Source: Squalus acanthias (taxonomy: Eukaryota). From it: a DNA stretch of 64,000 nt. A program made the translations under genes and the position numbers. The stretch spans positions 8,310,001 to 8,374,000 of the forward strand of contig CM059433.1 in assembly GCA_030390025.1 (NCBI GenBank), written 5' to 3'. The notes under the pieces were generated by a model, which did not search any database, was not told where the DNA came from, and worked only from the letters and a program-made list of their open reading frames with translations. Positions 35,901-47,907 of the stretch are shown here, in pieces; the first letter of the stretch is position 1; each line of letters opens with the position of its first letter.

Positions 35901-36980
35901 TGATTTTACTTTGTTGCAGCAAATGCATTTTAAGAACCAAAATCTGGATGTGGAGCGGAGAGTGTGAAGGGATGGAGTGATGGAAGCAGAGAGTGAAGAG
36001 AGGAGTGCAGCGTTTCAGCGGGACAGAGGTGCAGACACGAGAGCACGTAAAATCATCGTGGGAGACTTCAGAGAACATGTGGGATTGTGATTGAGAGGGG
36101 GGATTTATGTGGTTTTTATGTGTACTTGGAGGGGGTTGGGCTCCAACTATCCATGGCCTGCGTATCTGGAGTAAGGGGTATTATTTCTCCTGAGGATCTA
36201 ATGCATCGATTTCCATCTTGTGACGAGAGGATAACTGTAGGTTGGTCAACTGCGCAGGGTGGAATATAAAATTTGATCTCAACTCCACGGGGCCCGGATG
36301 GCTTTGCATTCCATCATTTGCCCTCCTCCCTGCCAACCTTTTGTGAAAATTAATATTATATTAAATGGTTTCATGTACACAGAATTCATAGAATACCACA
36401 GAACTCTTTCGAGCTGAGAGTTTGAAGTCTTGTATCCAGTGTCTGACGATGTTCTCTAATATTCTGGTTCATACTTGATGCTATAATTATGCTGCCATTC
36501 TCCTATCAGATCTCCACTCTTCCATGTTTATTACATTTATGGGTATCATGGTGTTTGTGCATCGCATCTAATGTTTGACTCGGCCATATGACAAGAGATC
36601 ATTTCTAATTTAGGGCAATTTTAAAATGTATTCATGCACAAGCAAATTAATTTTAATGTAGATTAAAATGGAAACCCACTGCGATAATTTGCAGCAATTT
36701 GCATCATGTAAACAGTTGTCATCAAAACCTTCCTAATTACACTGGTGTAAAAATTTACATCACAGATTTAACAGAAATGAAAGATACCAAACTCAGAAAT
36801 GCAGTAATAAAACATTTTAGTTCAACTTTAACTCCCTCCCACTTGGCAAAAACCAGGCCAGGGTGGGGGGGGGGGGGGGCGCAGTTAAAATGGAACAGGG
36901 GTCCTCCTCAATTCTTTCTCGCCCCGATCTGCCCAACTGCAATTTTAAATTGTAGGCAGCAAGGACACCTGCACAAACTG

Positions 36981-37500
36981 AGGAGTGTCTTGGAATGTTC
37001 CCCACTTGCCTGGATGAGCGCAGCTCCAACAACACTCAAGAAGCTCGACACCATCCAGGACAAAGCAGCACCACTTGATTGGCACCGCATCCACCACCTT
37101 AAACATTCACTCCCTCCACCACCGGCGTACCGTGGCTGCAGTGTGTACCATCTACAAGATGCACTGCAGCAACTCGCCAAGGCTTCTTCGGCAGCACCTC
37201 CCAAACCCGCGACCTCTTCCACCTAGAAGGACAAGGGCAGCAGGCGCAGGGAAACACCACCACCTCCAAGTTCCCCTCCAAATCACACACCATCCTGACC
37301 TGGAAGTGTATTGGCTGTTCCTTCATCGTCGCTGGGTCAAAATCCTGGAACTCCCTCCCTAACAGCACTGTGGGAGCACCTTCACCACACGGACTGCAGC
37401 AGTTCAAGAAGGTGGCTCACCACCACCTTCTCAAGGGCAACTAGGGATGGGCAATAAATGCTGGCCTTGCCAGGGATACCCACATCCCATAAATGAATAT
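36981..37500 (+). mobile_element. CR1-Zenon-like LINE 3' fragment
   Basis: LECSPLAWMSAAPTTLKKLDTIQDKAA...LNIHSLHHRRTVAAVCTIYKMH...SFIVAGSKSWNSLP; shared 3' tail; clade assigned by motif resemblance. Confidence 0.75.
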
Positions 37501-37586
37501 TAAAAAAAACCCGGCGGGATCCTGTTTAAACATGCAAATCAGGCCCCGATGAGGTCACAGCCTGATCTGCTATTTTAACCCGAGGC

Positions 37587-37757
37587 CAACATTCCCTCTA
37601 AGCTGTGCGGTGCACGGCGGCGCAGACGTTTGCCGGCCCCGCTCAGCCTGGGACCGGCTGGTTCAATGTTAAGTTTCGTGCAGGGAACTCTGAATGAGCC
37701 GCGCAGCTCCTTAAAGGGGCCGCGCACCCAAAAAGAAGGAAATTAGGGGCAACATTG
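37587..37757. mobile_element. hAT-like MITE (171 bp)
   Basis: TIR caacattccctctaa / ttaggggcaacattg; 8-bp TSD cccgaggc (37579) / cctgaggc (37758). Confidence 0.75.
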
Positions 37758-38106
37758 CCTGAGGCCTGAGCCGGGTAGCAGTGGTGGCTTCCCCACCAGG
37801 GCGAACCTGTGGGGAACAGCAGCCAGGGCCAGAAGAGGTCCGGCAAGGTACGTTTTTAACATTTAATTTGGTTGCATTGTGGGCCAGGCGGAGTGCTTCT
37901 CCTGGCCTCACAAGGAGGCCTTGGGCCTCCGCTGCCCCAGTCTTTCCCACCCTTCCCCTTCCCACCTTGCAATGATTCCCCTGCTGAGCTTTCTCCGATC
38001 CACTTACCTTGTGCCGGGGACCGTTCCCTTGGTCGAGGGAAGAGTAATAGCCAGGACACGAGGAAAACTCCCTCTGCTTCTTCGAATAAATTTTTAAAAA
38101 AAAGCA

Positions 38107-38886
38107 AATTATTATTTAAATGGAGAGAGACTACAAAATGCGGCGGTACAGAGGGATCTGGGGATCCTCGTACATGAAGCACAAAAGGTTAGCATGCAGG
38201 TACAGCAAGTAATTAGGAAGGCAAATGGAATGTTGGCCCTTATTGCAAGGGGGAGGGAGTATAAAAGTAGGGAAGTCCTGCTACAACTGTACAGGGCGCT
38301 GGTGAGACCACACCTAGAGTACTGCATACAGTTTTGGTTCCCTTATTTAAGGAGGGATATACTTGCATTGGAGGCAGTTCAGAGAAGGTTCACGAGGTTG
38401 ATTCCTGAGATGAAGGGGTTGTCTTATGAAGAAAGGTTGAGCAGGTTGGGCCTATACTCATTGGAGTTTAGAAGAATGTGAGGGGATCTTATTGAAACGT
38501 ATAAGATTCTGAGGGAGATTGACAGGGTAGATGCAGAGAGGATGTTTCCCCTCGTGGGGGGAATCTAGAACTAGGGAGCATAGTTTCAAAATAAGGGGTC
38601 GCCCATTTAAAACGGAGATGAGGAGGAATTTCTTCTCTCAGAGGGTCGTGAATCTTTGGAATTCTCTGCCCCAGAGAGCTGTGGAGGCTGGGTCATTGAA
38701 TATATTTAAGGTGGAGATAGACAGATTTTTGAATGAGAAGGGAGTCAAGGGTTATGGGGAGCGGGCGGGAAAGTGGAGTTTGAACCAAGATCAGATCAGC
38801 CATGATCTTATTGAATGGCGGAGCAGGCTCGAGGGGCCAAATGGCCGACTCCTGCTCCTATTTCTTATGTTCTTATGTTTATGTTA
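38107..38886 (+). mobile_element. CR1 LINE 3' fragment
   Basis: QVIRKANGML, LVRPHLEYCIQFW, RRNFFSQRVVNLWNSLP; (TTCTTATG)n tail. Confidence 0.92.
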
Positions 38887-38899
38887 TGAATAGTGTTGT

Positions 38900-39097
38900 G
38901 AGATCTTTTATGTCCAGCTGGACAGGCTGAGAGGGCCTTCGTTTAACGTCACTTCTGCAAGACGGCACCTCCGACAGTGCAGCACTCCCTCAGTACTGCG
39001 CTGGATTGTCAGCCGAGACTATATGCTCAAGTTTCTGGAGTGGGAATAGAAAATGCCTCTTTCTGACTCCGAGGTGAGAGTGATAACAAGCTGACAG
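38900..39097 (-). mobile_element. Older DeuSINE 5' part
   Basis: gtttaacgtc...gacggcacctccgacagtgcagcactccctcagtactg...ttctgactccgagg matches the SINE head and core. Confidence 0.6.
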
Positions 39098-39304
39098 TGT
39101 GGGGAAAAAATTTGTTTGGCAAATCTCAGCGTGTGTTTGTGGGAGGCCTATCCCCTTAATCCCACTCCCACCTGGCAGAACAGGAATTTCTGCCCACAGT
39201 ACGTAACAGCTGGAATAACCTCAAGCAGCAGGAACTGGGGAGCAGTGTTGATGCCAGAGGGGTTCCATGTCACTTTAATCATCATGCATAAATGGTGCAA
39301 TAAT

Positions 39305-40069
39305 GGGCCAGAAATTCGGCTCTTGTCGGGTGAGTACGCGCTGTGTACTCACCCGTAAGGCCATCTGAAGTGCCGGTTTCCTGCATGCACTGCGCATGCG
39401 CGGGAAACCGGAACTTCCGTTCCCCTGAAGGGAGGGGATCAGAAGTCGAACGCGTGCGCGGGAGAGGCTGCGCGCACGCAGCGAACTTCGATTTTTTTTT
39501 CAGGTTTCTCCAGGAAGGTAAGTATGAAGAAGCTGCGCTTTTAAAAAGGAGGCGCAAGGCCTGTTTTTAACAAGGTAAGTGGTTAATTAATTACAATTTA
39601 AACATTTTTTCAACAGGTTTATCTTTTTTAGATACTTTAAAGAAAGGTAAGTTTATTTTTAGCACCGTTACAAAGTATAATTAATTTTTTCAAAAATTTA
39701 AATTTTTGTTTAAAGTAGTTAATTTATTTAACTTATAGTTATTTTAAAAATGTGATGTTTTTTTAAAAATTTATTTGAAGTTTAAGTGTAGTTTTGGGGC
39801 CGATCTCTATTCATAGATTTGACAGGTCTTCCTGTCAAATCTATGAATGAAAATGCCCTGCTAGGATTGGCTCTCCATGGCCCATGTGATCCCAGGGGAC
39901 GCTTCAAACTAACTGCGCCCCTGGGATACACAAGCACTGCGCGCCGGCAGCTGCAGGAGGCCCAGGACCCGAAGTCCTCGTGGGCCCAAAGCACAACTGC
40001 AGGAGCGGTAGGCAAGTACGCGCGCAATGCTTGCTCCCGCAGGAAGCCTGAAAGCTGAATTTCTGGCCC
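39305..40069 (+). mobile_element. MITE family B, copy 2
   Basis: TIR gggccagaaattcggc / gctgaatttctggccc (15/16); internal hairpins; homologous to 28384-29150. Confidence 0.8.
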
Positions 40070-40922
40070 ATTAATATGTTTGCAATCATTGTTTTCTGTG
40101 TTTACAAACTCAAAAAAATGCCAAACACTCCATTTAACCAGATGGAAGGTCCTCTATTTTGTACAGAAACATGGGCAAGAACTAAATAGATTTGTTCTCT
40201 TAAACCGAGGTTCGAATAGCCGAATTTATCAACAGTTCGAATACTTTTTAGTCCACTTCAAAGGGAATCAGAGTTCATTCTGGCTTGCATTAGTGTGTGG
40301 CATTTATAGCAGATAGAGCCACCTGCAATCAGCAAGAACAGCAAAAGCTTTATATGATTAATTATCACCTCTTTATTCCCCAGTTGTTTTACACAGCTAA
40401 TGCTGTGACATACTATGGACCTTGTTGTGAGCATTTTGAAATTAAGATCTGTGTGAAAAGAGCTCTGTCCAGAATGAACTTCAGGTCATAAGTGGTAAGG
40501 CTCATGGTCACTAAAGGTCAGAACTTGATCAATAATCTGTTTATATCACATTGTCTGCTCTGACGAGGTTTTGGTGTTAGGTTTGGTTCATGCGTGGCTG
40601 AAGGGCACTACTGACCTGGAATTTCCATCACTGTCATTTTCTTCCTGTCACTCTGTGAACAGAATGTCTTTGAACGGAACTTCCTACAGTATAAGCTTCT
40701 TTGACATTTGCTTGAAGTATCAATTTCCCAGGCCTGTCGACATTGCTAGCTGAAATTCCCTTGTTGTGAAATTTGCCTAGTTGGGCAATACTGAAGCTGT
40801 GGATCCAAAGCAGGCAGGCAGCTCCTTCATATCCACCAACAACCGTTACTAGGGGAACTGGGAGGTGTGGCGCATTAGACACAGGCCTTTCACTTCTTCC
40901 AGCCCAAATTGATGGGATGAAA

Positions 40923-41311
40923 CACAAAAGCAAAATACTGCGGATGCTGGAAATCTGAAATAAAAACAGAAAATGCTGGAAATACTCAGCAAGTCAGGCA
41001 GCATCTGTGGAGCGAGAAACAGAGTTAACTTTTTAGGTTGGTGACCCTTCGTCAGAATGGGAAAATGTTGGAGATGGCACCATCATCCCTTTTGTCTCTT
41101 AATCTCTCCTGCCTTCCATCCTATCACAGACCTTCCCTTTTGTTCTTTCCTCCCCTCCCCCCTTTCCCGGACCCTACACTTGCTTAAAAACCTGCTCCAT
41201 CTCCAACTTTTTTCAGTTCTGATGAAGGGTCTTCGACCTGAAACGTTAACTCTGTTTCTCTCTCTCTCCATAGATGCTGCCTGACCTGCTGAGTATTTCC
41301 AGCATTTTCTG
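40923..41311 (+). mobile_element. Penelope-like insertion: pLTR with inverted 5' partial pLTR
   Basis: 40929-41075 is an inverted copy of 41195-41313 plus an extra tail; flanked by ttgatgggatgaaa at 40909-40922 and 41312-41325. Confidence 0.8.
41215..41251 (+). ncRNA. Minimal type I hammerhead ribozyme (PLE-associated)
   Basis: AGUU-CUGAUGA-AGGGUC-UUC-GACCU-GAAAC-GUU^AACU, intact core. Confidence 0.7.
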
Positions 41312-41383
41312 TTGATGGGATGAAAACCTCCCTTGCCTGCTTTCTGTCAGGGGTCCAATGTGAAATGAGTTTCGGCAGTGAGT

Positions 41384-41755
41384 GGGCACAGTGGCGTAGT
41401 GGTTATGTTGCTGGATTAGTAATCTAGGCGGCCTCGATGACTAATGCAGCAAATGTGAGTTCTCATCCCACTTTGCGGCTGTTTGAGAATTTCCATTCAG
41501 TTAAAAATGACATATAAACGGATGTGGAAATAGTAAAAGTAACCATCGATCTATTGGATTGCCGTTAAAAACCCAACTGGTTAATTACTGCCCTTTAGAG
41601 AAGGAAATATGATACCCTAATCTGGTCTGGCCGAGACTGACTCCAGCTGCCTAGCAAGACACTCAATGGTATCAGACTCAGGGCACCGAGGCAACTAGGG
41701 ATGAACAATAAATGCTGGCCTTGCCAGCGATGCCGACATCCTGAGAACAAATGTT
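41384..41755 (+). mobile_element. tRNA-derived SINE with CR1-Zenon-like 3' tail
   Basis: A box tggcgtagtgg, B-box-like gagttctcatccc; ends in caactagggatgaacaataaatgctggccttgccagcgatgcc. Confidence 0.6.
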
Positions 41756-42369
41756 TACAAAACGTCTCAATCCGGTTCCTAGTGGGCAGAGGGCTACAGC
41801 ACAAAACGGCTTCATATTCAGCGCTTATTTTGACAATGTCACTCAGGCAGCCCTAAGGTGGTGGTTAGTGTGGGTAATGGAAAAATAGCACATTGGACGA
41901 GTGGGAGTTGGGGTGTGGGGGGGCCTTCTGAGGTTGGGGTTGGGGTAGTGCAGAGGGACTTTTTCTCTGCATCTGTCTATGCTATATTTAACCTGGGAAT
42001 CATACACACCCAAGTCCATGTTTTGGCCCCGCCCCCCCTCCCCTCCTCAACGCCACTTATAACCCACACGAAGAGGAAGCCCCCCCCCACCCGCTGTGTG
42101 CAGTGGCTGGAATAATTTCCAGCAGCAGGAGCAAATCAGGTAAGAGTTGTTAGGAGGATAAAAAAGGGAAGGAGGTGAAGGAAAGAAAGAGGGACGAGAA
42201 AATGGAGCATGAACTGAGGGGACAGAGTACAGAGAGTGCCAGCTTGAACTGATAAGAGTTGGAGAGGGAATAGAGTACCATGTTGAATTGAGGGGAGGGG
42301 TAGAGGACAAGATGAATTGAGGGTGTTGGACGGGGAGAAGAGTCCAAACTTGAACTGAGGCGGGACGAA

Positions 42370-42915
42370 ATTTGGTCTCCTTATCTAAGGAAGGATATAC
42401 TTGTCTTGGAGGCGGTGCAACGAAGGTTCACTAGATTGATTCCTGGGATGAGAGGGCTGTCCTATGATGAGAGATTGTGTAGAATGGGCCTATACTCTCT
42501 GGAGTTTAGAAGAATGAGAGGTGATCTCATTGAAACAAACAAGATTCTGAAGGGATTGACAGGGTAGATGCTGAGAGGTTGTTTCCCCTGGCTGGAGAGT
42601 CTAGAACTAGGGGGCATAGTCTCAGGATAAGGGGTTGGCTATTTAAGACCCACATGAGGAGGAATTTCTTCACTCAGAGGGTTGTGAATCTTTGGAATTC
42701 TCTGCCCCAGAGGGCTGTGGATGCTGAGTCTTTGAGTATATTCAAGGCTGAGATAGATAGATTTTTGGACTCTAGAGGAATCAAGGGATATGGAGATCGG
42801 GCGGGAAAGTGAGTTGAGGTCGATGATCAGCCATGATCTTATTGAATGGCGGAGCAGGCTCGAGGGGCCGTATGGCCTACTCCTGCTCCTATTTCTTATG
42901 TTATGTTATGTTATA
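42370..42915 (+). mobile_element. CR1 LINE 3' fragment
   Basis: RRNFFTQRVVNLWNSLPQRAV; same subfamily as 29612-30568; (TTATG)n tail. Confidence 0.9.
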
Positions 42916-43898
42916 TGAAAAGAGCCAACATAAACGAGGAGGGTTCGAGGAGGTGTGTTCCTCTGGTCCTGAAATCCCAATCACTCAGCATAAAGTTGGC
43001 AGAAGACCAGTGAAATATCTCCCCCCGCCACCCCCGCCCCCCCCACGCCCGCACTAAGGTCTGAATTTTAATTCACTATCCTGCTCCAAATCAACAGGGA
43101 TATTGGCAGCAACAGCAGGAAAGTTGGGACAGAGTGGCCGACTTTCGTCTTCCCACCGCGACCTTAATTTTTTAGATCCTCCCCAACCCCTGCCGTGAAG
43201 GCCGCCAGCTACCCTTGCGGCCTTGTAAAAGCTGGGGTCCGGGCTCCTGCCTGATATCCTCCGTTGCTGCTGTTGCTGAGGAACTGCCGACAATCTCCCG
43301 AGGTTGCTGCACGGGGGCCTGTTAAATGCCAAGCATCAGACGGTCTGAAGCTCAGTCTGTGAGACGTAAGGGATGTGACTGCTTCCGGCACTAACTAATA
43401 ACGTGTGGTATCAAGCCGTAGACAAAACTCTTTGTTCCCAATGCAGAGAAGGGGATGGGTAGTGATAGAAACTATTTCGGAGTCAGACCGTAATGCTGTT
43501 GTCATTGTCTAATTTTGAATGAGAGTTGGGAAGTTGCCCAGCTTTACTAAACTTGTGTAAACCTAACCATTGTTTGTCACAAAAGCTAACTAAACAGTTA
43601 AGTTATGGGCTGAATTGGTGCACAACATTTTAAATTGTCATAAAATCATCTCCTCAGGGATTCTGTGGTGTTTATTCTGCCTGATCAGTGGGCTACAAAC
43701 CGAGCATTGTAATGTTGCTAGAATATATCGCTGCTGAAACTCTCTTGTCTATTTTTTCAGGTTGGGATGCTTGACTGTGGCTGCAGGCTTTGATCTTTCT
43801 CCCACTGGATCACACAGTGTCATATGGATTTTGTTGCAATGTTCTACTCCGTGTAATGTTCACAATATGTCAAGTCTTGAAGCTCTCAGGCAGTCATC

Positions 43899-44045
43899 GT
43901 AGAATCATAGAAATTTACGGCACAGAAGGAGGCCATTCAGCCCATCGTGTCTGTGCCGGCTGAAGAAGAGCTCGCCAGCCTAATCCCACTTTCCAGCTCT
44001 TGGTCCGTAGCCCTGTAGGTTACGGCACTTGAAGTGCATGTCCTA
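43899..44045 (-). mobile_element. CR1 3' end fragment
   Basis: tagaatcatagaaatttacggcacagaaggaggccattcagcccatc, the CR1 3' UTR in reverse. Confidence 0.7.
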
Positions 44046-44319
44046 GTTGCATTGTAAGCACCCGTCACTGAGTGGGGTTGAACCACCAACCGTTCAGTTA
44101 ACAGCCGAATCATCGTTTCAGTAACATTCACAGGAGCGGATGGGAATTCGAGTTGCATTATACCTAGTCTGTACTCAACCACATGTGTAAAGCTCACAGC
44201 AAAGAACAATAGAGACCGATTCCTGGTCAGATTGGATGGCCTAGGCACAGCAGACAGAGAAAGATCGGGTAGGATGATTGCACGCATGCAAGGAAGCTTC
44301 CCTCAGCCCCCAATAGAAT

Positions 44320-45750
44320 GAAAGACTTGCATTTCCATAGCGCCTTTCACATCCTTAGGACGCCTCAAAGCGTTTTACAGCCAATGAAGTACATTCTGAA
44401 GTGTAGTCACTGTTGTAAGGTAGGAAACATAGAGTCATAGAGTCATAGATTTATACAGCACAGAAAGAGGCCCTTCGGCCAATCATGTCTGCACCGGCCA
44501 TCAAGCCCTGTCTATTCTAATCCCATTTTCCAGCACTTGGTCCGTAGCCTTGTATGCTATGGCGTTTCAAGTGCTCATCTAAATGCTTCTTGAATGTTGT
44601 GAGGGTTCCTGCCTCTACCACCCTTTCAGGCAGTGAGTTCCAGATTCCAACCACCCTCTGGGTGAAAAAGTTTTTCCTCAAATCCCCTCTAAACCTCCTG
44701 TCCCTTACCTTGAAACTATGCCCCCTGGTTATTGACCCCTCTACTAAGTGGAAAAGTTCCTTTCTATCTACCCTATCTATGCCCCTCATAATTTTGTACA
44801 CCTCAATCAGGTCCCCCCTCAGCCTTCTCTGCTCTAAGGAAAACAACCCCAGCCTGTCCAGTCTCTCTTCATAGCTGAAGCGCTCCAGCCCAGGTAACAT
44901 CCTGGTGAATCTCCTCTGCACCCTCTCCAATGCAATCACATCCTTCCTATAGTGTGGCGACCAGAACTGCACACAGTATTCCAGCTGTGGCCTAACTAGC
45001 GTTTTGTACAGCTCCATCATAACCTCCCTGCTCTTATATTCTATGCCTCGGCTAATGAAGGCAAGTATCCCATATGCCTTTTTAACCACCTTATCGACCT
45101 GTCCTGCTGCCTTCAGGGATCTATGTACATGCACACCAAGGTCCCTCTGATCCTCTGTCCTTCCTAGGGTCCTACCATTCATTGTGTATTCCCTTGCTTT
45201 GTTAGTCCTCCCAAAATGCATCACCTTGCACTTTTCAGGGTTAAATTCCATTTGACACTGTTCTGCCCATCTAACCATCCCGTCTATATCGTCCTGTAGC
45301 CTGAGGCTTCCCTCCTCGCTATTTACCACTCCACCAATTTTCATGTCATCTGCGAACTTACTGATCATACCTCCTACATTCATATCTAAATCATTAATGT
45401 ACACTACAAACAGCAAAGGACCCAGCACCGATCCCTGCGGTACACCACTGGACACAGGCTTCCAGTCACAAAAACAACCTTTGACCATCACCCTCTGCCT
45501 CCTGCCACTAAGCCAATTTTGGATCCAATGTGCCAAATTGCCCTGGATCCCATGGGCTCTTACCTTCTTGACCAGTCTCCCATGACATGACAGCCAATTT
45601 GCGCACAGCAAGCTCCCACAAACAGCAATGTGATAATGACCAGATAATCAGTTTTTAGGTGTTGATTGAGGGATAAATATTGACCCAGGACACCGGGGAG
45701 AAATCTTCTTTTGAAATAGCGCCATGGGAGCTTTAACGTCCACCTGAGAG
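44320..45750 (-). mobile_element. Older DeuSINE split by a CR1 insertion (pieces 44320-44430 and 45585-45750)
   Basis: ...gtaggaaacat | gacagccaatttgcgcacagc... are contiguous in the intact SINE copies. Confidence 0.7.
44428..45584 (-). mobile_element. CR1 LINE, 5'-truncated, RT region with open frame
   Basis: SGVPQGSVLGPLLF, SKFADD, LVRPQLEYCVQFWSP in an uninterrupted ~355 codons; (GACTCTAT)n tail. Confidence 0.93.
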
Positions 45751-45751
45751 G

Positions 45752-46235
45752 GGAAAGAAGGAAAGAAAGAAAGACTTGCATTCCCATAGCGCCTTTCACG
45801 ACCACCGGACGTCCCAAAGCGCTTTACAGCCAATGAGGTACTTTTTGAAGTGGAGTCACTGTTGTAATGTGGGAAATGTGGCAGCCAATTTGCGCACAGC
45901 AAGCTCCCACAAACAGCGATGTGATAATGACCAGATAATCTGTTTTTGTTATGTTGGTTGAGGGATAAATATTGGCCCCAGGACACCGGGGATAACTCCC
46001 CTGCTCTTCTTCGAAATAGTGCCCGTGGGATCTTTTACCTCCACCTGAGAGAGCAGACGGGGCCTCGGTTTAACGTCTCATCTGAAAAACAGCACCTCCG
46101 ACAGTGCGGCACTCCCTCAGCACTGCACTGGAGGGCTAGCCTGGAACTTTTATGCTCACGTCTCTGGCGTGGAGATCGGAACCCACAACCTTCTGATTCA
46201 GAGGTGAGTGTGCTACCCACTGAGCCACAGCTGAT
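45752..46235 (-). mobile_element. DeuSINE (SacSINE1-like), full length
   Basis: Reverse complement of 555-1030. Confidence 0.8.
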
Positions 46236-46767
46236 AGGAGGCTGAGACTGAGGCCCCTCAAGGTGACATTAGTTGCACCAGGAGAAACGCTGCCTGAAAA
46301 AGTTGCAAGGTGAAAGAGTTTATGTACAGTGACTAACATGTGCCAACTTGAGTATCAACATGCGACTGTGCATTTGCAGCTGGACTGTTGTAAATGATGA
46401 GGTGCTGTGGCCTGTAAAGATGTGAGTTGGCATGGTTTCCCATTTCACAGTGCATCTGGAAGTGGTTCTCTCCCATAGTAAGGGTATGCATGTTATGCAA
46501 AGAACAAGTTGTAAGATTATGTGCAGGCTTGGTATGAGTGAGACATACATGCAGAACAGGTAACGCTTGATTCCTTGCCAGATTCCTTTAAATGTGCAGT
46601 CTTCTTCCCCATCTGTTCCCAGGCCCAGCAGGTACTATACACAGCACTGAGCACCTGCTGGGGACTGGGCCCTCTTGGGAGGATGATCTGAAATGTCACA
46701 TTGGACAACCTCACACTCGCTCATGCAGATGCATGCTCTTTTTTTATTAGTTCGTGGGATGTGGGCG

Positions 46768-47160
46768 TTCACTCCCTCCACCACCGGCGCACCGTGGCTG
46801 CAGTGTGCACCATCTACAAGATGCGCTGCAGCAACTCGCCAAGGCTTCTTCGGCAGCACCTCCCAAACCCGCAACCTCTTCCGCCTAGAAGGACAAGGGC
46901 AGCAGGCGCATGGGAACACCACCCCCTCCAAGTTTCCCTCCAAGCCACACACCATCCTGACTTGGAAATATATCGGCCGATCCTTCATCGTCGCTGGGTC
47001 AAAATCCTGGAACTCCCTCCCTAACAGCACTGTGGGAGTACCTTCACCATACGGACTGCAGCGGTTCAAGAATGCTGCTCACCACCACCTTCTCAAGGAC
47101 AACTAGGGATGGGCAATAAATGCTGGCCTTGCCAGCGACGCCCACATCCCATGAATGAAC
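46768..47160 (+). mobile_element. CR1-Zenon-like LINE 3' fragment
   Basis: HSLHHRRTVAAVCTIYKM...; same family as 36981-37500. Confidence 0.75.
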
Positions 47161-47838
47161 TTTTTAAAAACAATTAAGAAGCTTTTGAACAAGGGTTGGT
47201 TTCAGGTTTTTAATGGAAGCAGGTGAATACAACAAGGTTCTTAAAATAACCATCCAGTATCCTAAAATCTCTTAATGCTATCACGGTTTCGGATTAAGCT
47301 GGATCCACATCCCCTTCCCTATTTCGAACAGCATCAACTTTGCTTGTAATGAACACGTCTTTACCACAGATTAAAGCTATTCACGAGGGCTTAGCTCAGA
47401 TCATTGCTCAATAGCTGATGAAGTGATCCTTCCAAATCCTTAAATATACGTACAGGTATGTACACGCTCTTGATGCTACAGATATGTACAATGTCAGCAC
47501 ATTGAGATCCACTACAGCTGTAAATGTCTTAGTTAATATCCAGTCGGCTCAGTAAAATCTTGTTGCCAAAGATAAACATTTGTCTACACCTACACTTCTT
47601 TAAGTGAAGATACTTTAATACTCTTGTATGTCCAATGAACGATAAAGCATATTTAGCATATTTTCTCGAGCATATTTTAAGAACCTTGTTGTATTCACCT
47701 GCTTCCATTAAAAACCTGAAACCAACCCTTGTTCAAAAGCTTCTTGATTGTTTTTTTTAAATTCATTCATGGGATGTGGGCGTCGCTAGCAAGGCCAGCA
47801 TTTATTGCCCATCCCTAGTTGTCCTTGAGAAGGTGGTG
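47083..47838. repeat. Inverted duplication, 166-bp arms (47083-47248 / 47673-47838), 424-bp spacer
   Basis: Arms are near-perfect reverse complements and include both the LINE tail and adjacent non-LINE sequence. Confidence 0.9.
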
Positions 47839-47907
47839 ATAAAGCCTCTTCTAAATATTTCTTCATCCTGATTAAAAATCCTCTGAGATTCTTCATCTCA
47901 ATCCTTT

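Noticed and set aside
43741..43900. Plus-strand exon after a strong acceptor (attttttcag at 43760)
   Set aside because: No convincing donor, partner exon or recognisable peptide
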